From contig CAJXBG010000006.1 of NCBI GenBank assembly GCA_913050215.1, positions 7,555-71,554 of the forward strand: DNA of 64,000 nucleotides, written 5' to 3'. A program made the translations under genes and the position numbers. Below the pieces are notes generated by a model that was not told where the DNA came from, made no database searches, and saw only the letters and a list, made by a program, of their open reading frames with translations. Below, piece by piece: positions 45,816-55,975 of the stretch. Origin of the DNA: an uncultured Gammaproteobacteria bacterium. GTDB taxonomy: Bacteria; Pseudomonadota; Gammaproteobacteria; Pseudomonadales; Azotimanducaceae. Numbering within the stretch: the stretch's first letter is position 1; the number at the start of each line of letters is the position of its first letter.

Positions 45816-47495
45816 ATGAGAAGGGTTCTACACAGCATTTACAGGTCGATGTTCGTAAGCTTGTTCGCACTTGCCCTTGGCGCTTGCGGCGGCGGAGGCG
45901 GAGGCGAGTCCTCTCCCGCCACGCCCCAAATACCGGCTCCCCCTCCTTCCCCTGATCCACCCTCGGGTGAGATAGATATTTCTCTGGCCGAGGGTGCGCG
46001 ATTTCTAAGGCAGGCCAGTTTTGGGCCTGCAGAAGGGGATGTCGTTTCATTGCAGACGACGGGTTATGAGGGTTGGATTGATAATCAGATCAATGCCCCC
46101 GCGTCGTCACAGCTCCAGCATCTGGCAGCCTTACCTCTACCTGAAAACGGTGCCGAGGGGCGACGCAATCGCCTCGAAGCTTTTTTCAAATATGCTCTTG
46201 AGAATGACGACCAGTTACGGCAACGAATGGCTTTCGCGCTTTCAGAAATCATGGTGGTCTCAGATCAAGGTGCCTTGGCTAACAGAGCAGGTGGTTTAGC
46301 CAGCTATTACGATATGTTGAGTGAGCATGCTTTCGGCAATTTCAGAGACCTGATAGGAGCTGTGACGCTTCATCCTGCGATGGGTGTTTATCTGTCGATG
46401 CTAGGAAATGAGAAACCCGACGCTGCACGAAATATTCGCCCAGATGAGAACTATGCAAGGGAGTCTTTGCAACTGTTTACCATAGGAACGGTTGAGCTTA
46501 ATCTTGACGGCACACCCCGATTGGACAGTGCTGGGCAGTTGATTCCAACTTATGATCAAACGATTATTGAAGGTTTTGCTCACGTTTATACGGGTTGGAC
46601 CTTCGGTGGCTCGGTGAGATTTAATAGACCCAGCAGAGATTATTTGGTCCCTATGCAAGCCTTTTCGAGCTTCCATGATACCAGTGAAAAAAAACTGCTA
46701 AACGGGGTTGTGATCCCAGCGGGACAAACGCCGGAGCAAGACCTCACAGATGCACTTGATAATATCTTTGCGCATCAGAATGTCGCCCCCTTTATTAGTC
46801 GCAGACTGATCCAGCGTTTTATCAGCGCAAACCCCAGTCCATCCTATGTTGAACGTGTCGCGACAGTTTTTAATGATAATGGCTTCGGCGTGCGTGGAGA
46901 TCTTGGCGCCGTTATCAAAGCCATACTGCTGGATGTTGAAGCTCGCACACCGGTTGCTGGTGGGATTGGCGGCAAGCTTGTCGAGCCACTCTTAAGGCTG
47001 GTTTCATTATGGCGGGCTTTTGATGCCTCGGCACCTAACGGTAGGTATATTTACCCGCAACCTAACAATGATTTTGGTCAGGCGCCCCTGCGCTCTCCAT
47101 CTGTTTTCAACTTCTTCAGCCCTGACTATGCGCCTGCGGGTGAGCTCTCGGACCAAGGACTTGTTTCCCCTGAAATGCAAATAACCAATGAAACAACGAC
47201 AGCCAGCGTCAATGACTATTTGGCGTTATCCATTTACATTAGAAACTCCAATGCAACCACGCTCGGTAATCAGGCAATTAGAATAGATATCGCACCTTAT
47301 TTGGCACTGTCAGGAGATCCAGAAGTGTTGTTGCAACGCATGGCAGAAAAGCTAACTGGCGGCGTTATCTCAAGTGAGCTCGAAGCAGAAGCGTTGGCAA
47401 TGATAAATACTATTCCACAAGATCAGCCAGCATTCCGGGTCACCGAGGCGATTCATCAGATCGTCAGCTCTGTTGAATATGCACTGATCGAATAA
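45816..47495 (+). CDS. DUF1800 family protein, predicted lipoprotein
   Basis: 559 aa. The lipobox is FALALGAC, followed by a Gly/Pro linker. HPAMGVYLSMLGN and PDENYARESLQLFTIG match the DUF1800 conserved core. Confidence 0.85.
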   Translation: MRRVLHSIYRSMFVSLFALALGACGGGGGGESSPATPQIPAPPPSPDPPSGEIDISLAEGARFLRQASFGPAEGDVVSLQTTGYEGWIDNQINAPASSQLQHLAALPLPENGAEGRRNRLEAFFKYALENDDQLRQRMAFALSEIMVVSDQGALANRAGGLASYYDMLSEHAFGNFRDLIGAVTLHPAMGVYLSMLGNEKPDAARNIRPDENYARESLQLFTIGTVELNLDGTPRLDSAGQLIPTYDQTIIEGFAHVYTGWTFGGSVRFNRPSRDYLVPMQAFSSFHDTSEKKLLNGVVIPAGQTPEQDLTDALDNIFAHQNVAPFISRRLIQRFISANPSPSYVERVATVFNDNGFGVRGDLGAVIKAILLDVEARTPVAGGIGGKLVEPLLRLVSLWRAFDASAPNGRYIYPQPNNDFGQAPLRSPSVFNFFSPDYAPAGELSDQGLVSPEMQITNETTTASVNDYLALSIYIRNSNATTLGNQAIRIDIAPYLALSGDPEVLLQRMAEKLTGGVISSELEAEALAMINTIPQDQPAFRVTEAIHQIVSSVEYALIE

Positions 47496-47517
47496 CCATA
47501 AAGCCGGAGATCTCAAG

Positions 47518-48861
47518 GTGATAAATCGTAGACGGTTCCTAAACATCAGTGGTCGCACCATGTTAGGTGCGGGCCTAGCGAGTTTGCTGCCTAGACAACT
47601 TGTCGCAGCCGATAATAGTTTTTCCGACTACAAGTGCCTGGTAAACATTTTCCTTTATGGTGGTAACGATTCGTTCAATTTGGTGGTTCCCACCAGCAAT
47701 GCTGAGTACAACGTTTATGCTGCCTCCCGGCAGAATCTGGCGGTCGAGCAATTGGACCTGCTAGCGATCAACCCGGATAATTCCGATGGCGCAACCTATG
47801 GGTTCCATCCTTCTGCCGGCGCATTGCAGTCGCTTTTTGAAGCGGGTGATGCCGCAGTCATTGCGAATGTTGGACCACTCGTAGCGCCGGTAACCAAAGA
47901 ACAATATTTGAGCGGTGCTGCGTCTCTGCCGCCCCAATTGTTCTCGCACAACGATCAACAGGCACAATGGCAGTCGCTGAAGGGAGATGCTTCGCTGGCG
48001 ACCGGCTGGGCTGGAAGAATAGCGGACCAGCTCGCTGCGGAGACCGCTGACCAATTGCTTGCTCTGAATACCTCGACCTTCGGTACTAACTTGTTTCAGG
48101 CGGGTGCTGTATCAATTCCATACTCAGTAAGCACAACCGGCGCAAATACCTACGGCGCATTCGGCGCTGAAGCAGCGCTAGGAGCAGAACGCAGGGCTGC
48201 TTTTGAGTCACATATTGACAGCGAGTTTGGCAATGTTCACGCGAGAGCGCTCGCGGCTGTCCATAAGCGATCTTTAGCGTCGGCAGATCTGGTTAACCAA
48301 GCGCTTGCTCAAGCACCGGACTTGGCCACGGTATTTCCAGCTTCGTTTCTGGGTGCACAGCTAAACATTATCGCACGGCTGATAGCTGTACGAGACAGGT
48401 TCGAGATGTGTCGACAGATTTTCTTTGTTGGTGCCGGTGGTTTTGATACCCATGATGACCAAAATGAATTACAGCCCGGGCTACTGTCCGATGTGGCGGA
48501 CTCGATTCAGGCATTTCAATTAGCCATGGTTGAATTAGGCGTCAATGACGATGTGGTGTCGTTCACCCATTCTGATTTTGGTCGTACTTTAACGAGTAAT
48601 GGTGATGGGACAGACCATGGGTGGGGCGGACATCAGATTGTAACCGGAGGTCCGGTTAACGGCCGTCAGATATATGGGCAGATGCCGATACTTGAAATTG
48701 GTGGTGATGACGATGCAACTGGCGGGCGAATCATTCCAACTACCTCAGTTGACCAGTATGCGGGGACCTTGGCAGAGTGGTTTGGTGTCGATACTTCGGC
48801 ACTGGACATCATTGCGCCGAGTCTGAGCAATTTTACAACGAGTAATTTGGGTTTTGTTTAG
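47518..48861 (+). CDS. DUF1501 family protein (sulfatase/phosphatase-like fold), Tat signal
   Basis: 447 aa with a GTG start. MINRRRFLNISGRTMLGAGLA is a twin-arginine signal. GAGGFDTHDDQ and SDFGRTLTSNGDGTDHGWGG are DUF1501 hallmarks. Confidence 0.85.
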   Translation: MINRRRFLNISGRTMLGAGLASLLPRQLVAADNSFSDYKCLVNIFLYGGNDSFNLVVPTSNAEYNVYAASRQNLAVEQLDLLAINPDNSDGATYGFHPSAGALQSLFEAGDAAVIANVGPLVAPVTKEQYLSGAASLPPQLFSHNDQQAQWQSLKGDASLATGWAGRIADQLAAETADQLLALNTSTFGTNLFQAGAVSIPYSVSTTGANTYGAFGAEAALGAERRAAFESHIDSEFGNVHARALAAVHKRSLASADLVNQALAQAPDLATVFPASFLGAQLNIIARLIAVRDRFEMCRQIFFVGAGGFDTHDDQNELQPGLLSDVADSIQAFQLAMVELGVNDDVVSFTHSDFGRTLTSNGDGTDHGWGGHQIVTGGPVNGRQIYGQMPILEIGGDDDATGGRIIPTTSVDQYAGTLAEWFGVDTSALDIIAPSLSNFTTSNLGFV

Positions 48862-48898
48862 GTCAGCCAACTGTAAGATATATTTTGGCTGAAAAGAC

Positions 48899-50680
48899 CT
48901 ACATTCGCTCGTAAACCACTTTTCCATCGACCATCGTCATATCGATTTGCATCGACAAAAGTTCTTCCATAGGACGTTCAAAAATATTTCTATCAAGCAT
49001 CACAAGGTCTGCGAGCTTACCTGCTTTGATCGACCCTTTAACTTCACCATCAAAAGTAGCCCGCGCACCATTAATCGTATAGGCCATCATCGCTTGCATG
49101 AGTGAAATTTTTTGTTCCGGAAACCACCCGCCCGCTGGCGCACCATTTAACGTCGTTCGATTCACCGCAGCGTGTAGCAGATATTTGGGATGGCTGTAGT
49201 ATTCTGCCGCATTCGTGCCTGGCCAGTCGGAAGCAAACACCAGCGTGGCGCCGTTGGCGAGCAGCGAACGAAATGCATAGGCGCCTTTGCTGCGCTCATG
49301 ACCAATACGCTCTTCCATCCAGCGCATATCATCAGATACATGGTAGGGGTTAACTTCGGCAATGACACCCAGCGTCTTAAATCTGCTCATATCCTCTGGT
49401 CTTACGACTTGGCAGTGAATAACGCGAAACCCTTCAAGAGAACCACCTAGATCCTTTTGCAGCCGCTCGTAAGTATCGAGCATTAACGAGACGCCGCGTG
49501 TACCAATGGCATGTACATTAGCAGTAAATCCGCCCCGGTGAGCTTCGGTCAGGTAGTTGTACATTTTTTCCATGTTCTCGACACGATGTTCCCTGTCATC
49601 GCTTGTATGGTCTCTGTAGCGACCGAACTCTTCTGGTTTGTCTTCATAGGGATCAAAGAACAGGGCCGAGTGGTTTCCCATGATGCCGTCGATATAGCCC
49701 TTGTATGAACCCCAACGCAGAAAGTCATCGTCGTTTCCTGTTACCGGATGCGTGTTCATTTTGATATTTTTCTGATTGAATTCAGCAGCTCGAGCTAGGT
49801 CAGCACGCATCCATACGCGCGTTGTTAACTCGCCTTTTTCCTGAAGTTCGAGGTAGACATTTTCGTAGTCTGTTTTTGTAATATCGTGAATTTCAACGAC
49901 GCCATTTTCACGTAGTCGCTTCAGGGCAGATCTGGCTTCGCTCATGATACGGGTATGCGATTTTTCGGTAACAACGGCTTTAATGGTATCGATGGCTGGA
50001 GACCCTTTTCGAATGAGGCCAGTTGCCTTGCCCTGCGCATCAAGGTCCATACCGGGTAGCGGCTTCTCCAGCAAGCCGCTAAGTCTTAATGCTTCTGTGT
50101 TGGCGAGATAGAGTTCCGCTGGCCGCTCGAAGCTATTAATAAAAACGGGGTTTGAGCCGGTAATGTTGTCAATCGTTTGACGCGCGGGCTGCCAGCGACT
50201 GCGAAGGTCATTTTTATTTTCTCCGCTGGAGCCGTCTTGCCAGCTCTCATAGGCGCCCCATGAGCCTCCCGTTATCCACTCACCATCATCTAGGTTTCTT
50301 GTGACGCGCTTTAGTTCCGCAGAAAGCGCCTGGTCATTATCAATTTTTAACAGGTTGGCATCGCTTAGTTGTTTGCCGGCTTGATTGAAGTGGGTGTGGC
50401 CATCGATAAAACCGGGTACCAGCAAGCGTTCGCCCAGCTCAATCACCTCGGTGTTTGAATCGATGTACATTTGTAAGTCGGTATCAGTTGCTTCAACCGC
50501 TATGATTCGGTTGTCTTTGACAACGACGGCACGAGCGAAAGGTGCGGTTTCTTCAGCTGTGAATATATTCCCCTTGAATACGTAGTCTGCACCGGTTGGA
50601 GTCTGAGATTGCTGCGCAGGTTCACTGCAGGCTGTCAGCATCACCAAGCAAAACAGAATATAAAAGCCAAATAATTTCAT
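48899..50680 (-). CDS. Amidohydrolase family (amidohydrolase_3-like) metal-dependent hydrolase, lipoprotein
   Basis: 593 aa. The lipobox is LVMLTAC. PGFIDGHTHF is an HxH metal motif and ...FASDWPG is the C-terminal Asp motif. Confidence 0.85.
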   Translation of the reverse strand: MKLFGFYILFCLVMLTACSEPAQQSQTPTGADYVFKGNIFTAEETAPFARAVVVKDNRIIAVEATDTDLQMYIDSNTEVIELGERLLVPGFIDGHTHFNQAGKQLSDANLLKIDNDQALSAELKRVTRNLDDGEWITGGSWGAYESWQDGSSGENKNDLRSRWQPARQTIDNITGSNPVFINSFERPAELYLANTEALRLSGLLEKPLPGMDLDAQGKATGLIRKGSPAIDTIKAVVTEKSHTRIMSEARSALKRLRENGVVEIHDITKTDYENVYLELQEKGELTTRVWMRADLARAAEFNQKNIKMNTHPVTGNDDDFLRWGSYKGYIDGIMGNHSALFFDPYEDKPEEFGRYRDHTSDDREHRVENMEKMYNYLTEAHRGGFTANVHAIGTRGVSLMLDTYERLQKDLGGSLEGFRVIHCQVVRPEDMSRFKTLGVIAEVNPYHVSDDMRWMEERIGHERSKGAYAFRSLLANGATLVFASDWPGTNAAEYYSHPKYLLHAAVNRTTLNGAPAGGWFPEQKISLMQAMMAYTINGARATFDGEVKGSIKAGKLADLVMLDRNIFERPMEELLSMQIDMTMVDGKVVYERM

Positions 50681-50740
50681 GCACCTTCTCTCCTATCGTT
50701 TGGTTGTTTTTCTCGATTTTGCGAGAAAAATAGCGGCTGG

Positions 50741-51667
50741 TCACATCGTTGAGATGCCTTTAAAGTCTGGCAGTGTCTGCTCAATGAGCAGTTTGGTCTG
50801 TCGTATCATGTCTTCAGCATCCGAAGCGATGGGTCGTAAAATAAATTTATGCACGCCTGCTCGGTGAAACTTTGCCGCCAGTGCGAGGATGTCGCTGTTG
50901 CCTACCGCATATAAATCCGTTGGCTCTCGATTCAGTCTTTTTTGCAACATTTCCTCATATCGTTTGATGATTGGTTCATCTCGATCTCCAAATCGAAAAG
51001 CAAACCCAGCGCCGAAATGATCATCATCTATTGTCCGATTGTATTTGGGCAGCGTTTCTTTGATGGCAGCGATAACCGGGGCGACCTGCAGTGGGCTTTC
51101 TATGCCTGCTTGCCAGCCGGTCCCCCAACGTGCGGTCCGGTCAACCGCCGCTGGGGCTGATCCACCAACCCAGAGAGGTAGTGGGTTTTGAACGGGGCGG
51201 GGTGCGATAGTCGCGCGGTCAAGCTGATAGTATTTACCTTCGAAGGTAACGTCAGTTTCTTGCCATAGTCTGGAGATGATCTCTAGGCCTTCGGCGGATC
51301 TGTTACCCCTGCCCTGAGTAGGTGTATTGGTCGCGACATAGTCCCGCGATAGGGCGCTACCGACACCGAACGCGGGTAAAAGCCTGCCATCACTCAGCAC
51401 GTCGATGGTTGCACATGACTTGGCAGTTAACACAGGGTCACGCAGACCCAGACTAGCGACGTTCATACCGAATTTTATGCGTTTAGTCCCGCCAGCAAGT
51501 GCCGCCATGACACTCATGCATTCAAGATGAGGGTCCGCACTAATGATGCGATCGCTTTGCCAAAGTGAGTCAACACCGCCGGCTTCGCAGAGATCTACCC
51601 ACCGCCAGAATCCACGTGTGTCTTCAAAAGGAAAATTTGCAATGCCAAGCCCTGCGCTAATTCCCAT
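50741..51667 (-). CDS. LLM class flavin/F420-dependent oxidoreductase
   Basis: 308 aa. DSLWQSDR, LDVLSDGRLLPAFGVG and YYQLDRATIAPRPVQNPLPLWVGG are typical of the luciferase-like TIM barrel. Confidence 0.8.
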   Translation of the reverse strand: MGISAGLGIANFPFEDTRGFWRWVDLCEAGGVDSLWQSDRIISADPHLECMSVMAALAGGTKRIKFGMNVASLGLRDPVLTAKSCATIDVLSDGRLLPAFGVGSALSRDYVATNTPTQGRGNRSAEGLEIISRLWQETDVTFEGKYYQLDRATIAPRPVQNPLPLWVGGSAPAAVDRTARWGTGWQAGIESPLQVAPVIAAIKETLPKYNRTIDDDHFGAGFAFRFGDRDEPIIKRYEEMLQKRLNREPTDLYAVGNSDILALAAKFHRAGVHKFILRPIASDAEDMIRQTKLLIEQTLPDFKGISTM

Positions 51668-51785
51668 GAGTTCTTTCCTTTTCCCTTGTCATAAAACTAA
51701 ATCCAGACCTTTTTACTGCGCGTTCAAATGTTATGGATAAACCATTGCGATAAGCATGATGCAGGTTTTCGTTATTGCACCATAG

Positions 51786-52028
51786 TTGGGAAGCAATGTT
51801 ATCATGGCACGCATGTGGAAAATGACTCTAAAACAAAGGCGCCGCCAAAGAGAATTGATTGCTGACTTGGATGCGTTGAAAAAAAGCCCTTATGCGAGTG
51901 TGCCACCGGGTTACAGCTTTGGTGTGGACCTTGAAGAGGATAACAAGTACGAGGAATTAGTGACGGCACTCGGCAAAATACTTGAAGAGATGCACGCACT
52001 GGAAGAGGCTGCCCGCAACTCGGGCTAG
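51786..52028 (+). CDS. Hypothetical small protein (60-80 aa), start uncertain
   Basis: The track starts at a TTG; in-frame ATGs follow (MARMWKMTLKQRRRQ...). The sequence is charged and helical-looking, and it ends 11 nt before the strongly SD-led SDR gene. Confidence 0.45.
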   Translation: MGSNVIMARMWKMTLKQRRRQRELIADLDALKKSPYASVPPGYSFGVDLEEDNKYEELVTALGKILEEMHALEEAARNSG

Positions 52029-52039
52029 AGGAGGCAACT

Positions 52040-52807
52040 ATGAGAGATCTCAACGGTAAAGTAGCATGGATTACGGGTGCTGGGACTGGTATCGGCTCAG
52101 GCGCAGCAATAGCACTCGCGAGTGCCGGTATGCAGGTTGTGTTGTCCGGTCGGCGAGAAGAGAAGCTGAAAGAAGTCGCAGCCGCCTGTCACGGCAATGC
52201 GCACATTGAGATCCTTGATGTTGCAAATAAAGACGACGTGTTAGCGGTTGTAGAGCGAATCAAAACCCGCCTTGGACGTATTGATGTCATGGTTGCGAGC
52301 GCCGGTATCAATGTCAAGAATCGAAACTGGCATAATGTCACACTTGAAGACTGGGATTCCGTCATCCGCATCGACCTCGACGGTGCCTTCTATTGCTGCA
52401 AGGCTGTGCTACCAATAATGCAGGCACAGGAAGATGGTCTGATTATCAATATCTCATCCTGGGCAGGAAAACATGTCAGTGTTGTCACGGGACCGGCGTA
52501 TACAGCTGCCAAGCACGCGATGAACGCGATGAACGAGAGTCTCAATATGGAAGCAGGCAGTTACGGTGTTAGGGCTTGCGCCATTTGCCCTGGTGAGGTT
52601 TCGACGCCCATCCTTGATTCGAGACCGATTCCCGTGAGCGATGAAGATCGTGCCATGATGGTTCAATCTGAAGATTGCGGTGAAGTTGTTAAGTTTCTCG
52701 CACAATTGCCAGCGCACGTCTGTATTAACGAGCTAACCATCAGCCCAACATGGAACAGAGGTTATGTTGCGCAGGCGAGACAGCAGGTGCCTGTTAAATC
52801 GAAATAG
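52040..52807 (+). CDS. Short-chain dehydrogenase/reductase
   Basis: 255 aa. TGAGTGIGSG, SAGI and YTAAKHAM motifs. GAGGAGG SD. Confidence 0.9.
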   Translation: MRDLNGKVAWITGAGTGIGSGAAIALASAGMQVVLSGRREEKLKEVAAACHGNAHIEILDVANKDDVLAVVERIKTRLGRIDVMVASAGINVKNRNWHNVTLEDWDSVIRIDLDGAFYCCKAVLPIMQAQEDGLIINISSWAGKHVSVVTGPAYTAAKHAMNAMNESLNMEAGSYGVRACAICPGEVSTPILDSRPIPVSDEDRAMMVQSEDCGEVVKFLAQLPAHVCINELTISPTWNRGYVAQARQQVPVKSK

Positions 52808-52912
52808 AACAATCCTTGGCATAAGTTCACCTGACCATATTGCGAGACCAAAGCGACTTGAAGTTGATTGATCTGAGTCATAGGATAGAGGTTCAAGCGA
52901 AAGGAGAAAGCG

Positions 52913-54265
52913 ATGAGTGTGCAATATACCGAGAAGAATGGTGATGCCCGCAAGGCCTTGACCGAACGCATGCTGCAAGGTGATATGACGGTTTCGAACA
53001 AAGAAGTCGCCGCCGCTTACGAAATAGACCCCTATTTCGATGTGAACGACATACCACTCGATAGCATAGATCCATCCCACCCCGCGCTCTTTCAGCATGA
53101 CACGCTTTGGGATCACTTCGCACGACTGCGTCGTGAAGACCCGGTGCATTACCATGAAGAGAGCATCACTGGTCCTTATTGGTCAGTGACAAAGTATCAA
53201 GACATTATGTATGTCGATAAACACCATGAGTTGTTTTCCTCTCAGCAACGTTTGGGTGGAATCGCGCTTGGTGGTATAGCACGTGATGATGACGATGATT
53301 TTGCGCTGCCGATGTTTATTCAGGAAGACCCGCCCAAGCACGATGCCCAGAGAAAAGTTGTTACGCCGATGTTTGTGCCTAAGCAACTCGCTGAACTTGA
53401 ACCGCTAATCCGTGAACGCGCCAGTTCGATACTTGACAACTTACCCCGAAATGAAGAATTCAACTGGGTGAATCACGTGTCAAAAGAGCTGACGGGCCAA
53501 ATGCTTGCGACGCTGTTCGATGTTCCTCAGGAAGACCGAATGAAACTTGTTGGCTGGTCCGACACGATACAAAACATTAATGATCCCGAAGTATTTGAAA
53601 CGCCTGAACAAGGATTTCAAGAATTGTTTGAATGCCTTGCTTACTTCACGGAATATTATGAGGCTAGAAAGCAAGAGCCACCAAAGTTCGATTTAATCTC
53701 GATGCTTGCGCATGACGAGTCGACTAACAATATGACACCACAAGAGTTGTTAGGAAACATTGTGTTGTTGATTGTTGGTGGAAATGACACAACCCGAAAT
53801 TCGATTTCCGGCGGTGTCCTTGCTCTGAACAAAAATCCTGACCAATATGAAAAGTTACTGCAAAATCCTGGTCTGATACCAAAAATGGTTCCGGAGATTA
53901 TTCGATGGCAGACGCCACTTGCGCACATGGCTCGAACAGCACTGGCTGATACAGAACTCGGTGGCAAGCAGATCAAAAAAGGCGATAGAGTGGCAATGTG
54001 GTATATCTCCGGTAATCGAGATGAAGACTACATTGATCAGGCAGACAAGTTCATTATAGATCGACCCAACCCCCGAACCCACACCGCATTTGGTTATGGC
54101 GTCCATCGCTGCGTGGGTAACAGATTGGCTGAAATGCAATTGCGAGTCATGTGGGAGGAAATACAGAATAGATTTCCCAGAGTTGAGGTGACTAACGACC
54201 CCGTTTTGCTTGGGTCAAGTTTTGTTCATGGTATTCGTGATTTGCCCGTCACGCTCAGAGACTAA
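52913..54265 (+). CDS. Cytochrome P450, CYP153-like (second copy)
   Basis: 450 aa. FGYGVHRCVGNRLAEMQLRVMWEEI heme loop and LLIVGGNDTTRNSISG I-helix. By eye it is a roughly half-identical paralog of the 21018-22325 gene. Confidence 0.9.
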   Translation: MSVQYTEKNGDARKALTERMLQGDMTVSNKEVAAAYEIDPYFDVNDIPLDSIDPSHPALFQHDTLWDHFARLRREDPVHYHEESITGPYWSVTKYQDIMYVDKHHELFSSQQRLGGIALGGIARDDDDDFALPMFIQEDPPKHDAQRKVVTPMFVPKQLAELEPLIRERASSILDNLPRNEEFNWVNHVSKELTGQMLATLFDVPQEDRMKLVGWSDTIQNINDPEVFETPEQGFQELFECLAYFTEYYEARKQEPPKFDLISMLAHDESTNNMTPQELLGNIVLLIVGGNDTTRNSISGGVLALNKNPDQYEKLLQNPGLIPKMVPEIIRWQTPLAHMARTALADTELGGKQIKKGDRVAMWYISGNRDEDYIDQADKFIIDRPNPRTHTAFGYGVHRCVGNRLAEMQLRVMWEEIQNRFPRVEVTNDPVLLGSSFVHGIRDLPVTLRD

Positions 54266-54483
54266 ATGTCAGGCAAAAAGTGTCTATCGCCTGGCGTCTC
54301 TCGTCCGCGACATCATCTTATAGGTATGCGCAAGTAAAGCGTGGGCAAGAGCAAACACATACGCTTCTCCAACTGATACTTGAAGTCACTTTATCGCGCC
54401 ACCGCTTTGAGCTCTGTTATAGAACTTTGTTGATGATCCTGGATCGATATATTCTCTCCTGTTGCCTGATAACCCAATATAAG

Positions 54484-54518
54484 TGACACCTGACACCTGA
54501 CACCTGACACCTGACACA
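54484..54518. repeat. Heptanucleotide microsatellite (TGACACC)x4 + TGACACA
   Basis: Read directly. It is intergenic and ends 33 nt upstream of the transporter's GTG (54551), or 54 nt upstream of the ATG at 54572. Confidence 0.9.
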
Positions 54519-54550
54519 GAGTCCCGCTTGAGTTAAGTTGTCGTACCAGT

Positions 54551-55975
54551 GTGATGATTTGGTTAAACACCATGGCTAGCGGCTATCCGACAGAAAAACT
54601 TCGAGAGCGTCACGAGACATATTCTCTTTCCTGGCAGGACAAACTGGGTTGGGCGATCGGTGAGTTGGGTGTGGCTATATATGTTGGCGGCACCATGTCA
54701 TTTTTTCTATTTTATTTGACTGAGGCCCACAGCATTTCGCCTGCATGGGCAGGGGTCGCCCTGTTAGTGCCAAGAATTTGGGATGGCATCACGGACCCGT
54801 TCATGGGTGCGGTTTCTGACAGAACCAAATCCAGCATGGGTCGCAGGCGACCCTATTTATTTGTAGGTGCTATAGCTTACGGCGCCAGTTTCTACATGGT
54901 GTTATCAATTCCGGATATGGGGTCTGAAAACACGACGTTGATCTACCTTGTTGCCGGTTACTTGTTGGCTAGCACGGCAATCACCATTTTTGACGTGCCT
55001 TATTCCTCAATGGCCGCTGAGATGACCCAGTCTTACAAGGAAAGGATTAGCCTTGCAGGTTACAAGATGGTGGCTGCCAGAGTAGGCATATTGTTTGCTG
55101 GTGGTCTGGGACCGGTCCTGTACAACTCTAAAGACAATTTGCTCGAAGGCTTCTCTTATATGGGCTTGGTATTCGGCGCTGCGATGACGATAACAGGCTT
55201 AATCACGTTCTATTTGACGCGTAATGTCCCCAGAATCGAAGCGGTAAGTCACTCGATAGACCTCAGGGCGGAAATGGCTGCGCTTTGGGCTAATCTTCCG
55301 TTCAGAATCCTTTTTTTTGGCTTCCTGTTTCAAAATATCGCCATCGGTAGCTCAGCGACGATGTTGGTTTATTTCCTGACCTTTGCCATGTTGATTGATG
55401 CTTCGCTCATTGGACCGCTGATGTTGGTCGCTGGTGTTACTTCTACGCTAGTGACACCTGTTTGGGTAATGGTTGCAGGCCGTCTAGGCAAAAAGGAAAC
55501 CTACTTACTTGGGCTTACCCTTGCAATCGTGATGGCGTTACCGGGATTGGTGTTACCAGCAGAATACTATTATCTTTTGTTCGCGATTTATTTTTTGAGT
55601 GGCATTAGTGATGCCGTCAATCAACTTATGCCCACCTCCATGATTCCAGATACGGTTGAAGCTGATGAGGTGAGAACGGGAAAACGGCGGGAAGGCACAA
55701 TTTTTGGGGCTATGGCGTTTTGTCGCAAGCTCGGTATGGCATTTGGCGCCTTTTTCGCCAGCTGGATTTTGCAGGTGGCAGGATTTATCGGTGGCGGTAT
55801 GACGCCTGAAATGCAGACTGAATCGGGTTTGCTGGGCATTCGAATTGCTTACACTTTGTTACCCGCTTTGCTTTGGCTCGGTGCGATGATGATTGTTCGA
55901 CAATATGCGCTGGGTGAACAACAGTTTGATCAAATTAAGAATGAAATCCGGGAAAAACCAGTGAGGGGCGATTGA
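54551..55975 (+). CDS. MFS transporter, glycoside-pentoside-hexuronide (GPH) cation symporter family
   Basis: 474 aa. WDGITDPFMGAVSDRTKSSMGRRRPY is the GPH signature, and the protein has about 12 hydrophobic segments. Alternative ATG starts lie at 54554 and 54572. Confidence 0.85.
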   Translation: MMIWLNTMASGYPTEKLRERHETYSLSWQDKLGWAIGELGVAIYVGGTMSFFLFYLTEAHSISPAWAGVALLVPRIWDGITDPFMGAVSDRTKSSMGRRRPYLFVGAIAYGASFYMVLSIPDMGSENTTLIYLVAGYLLASTAITIFDVPYSSMAAEMTQSYKERISLAGYKMVAARVGILFAGGLGPVLYNSKDNLLEGFSYMGLVFGAAMTITGLITFYLTRNVPRIEAVSHSIDLRAEMAALWANLPFRILFFGFLFQNIAIGSSATMLVYFLTFAMLIDASLIGPLMLVAGVTSTLVTPVWVMVAGRLGKKETYLLGLTLAIVMALPGLVLPAEYYYLLFAIYFLSGISDAVNQLMPTSMIPDTVEADEVRTGKRREGTIFGAMAFCRKLGMAFGAFFASWILQVAGFIGGGMTPEMQTESGLLGIRIAYTLLPALLWLGAMMIVRQYALGEQQFDQIKNEIREKPVRGD

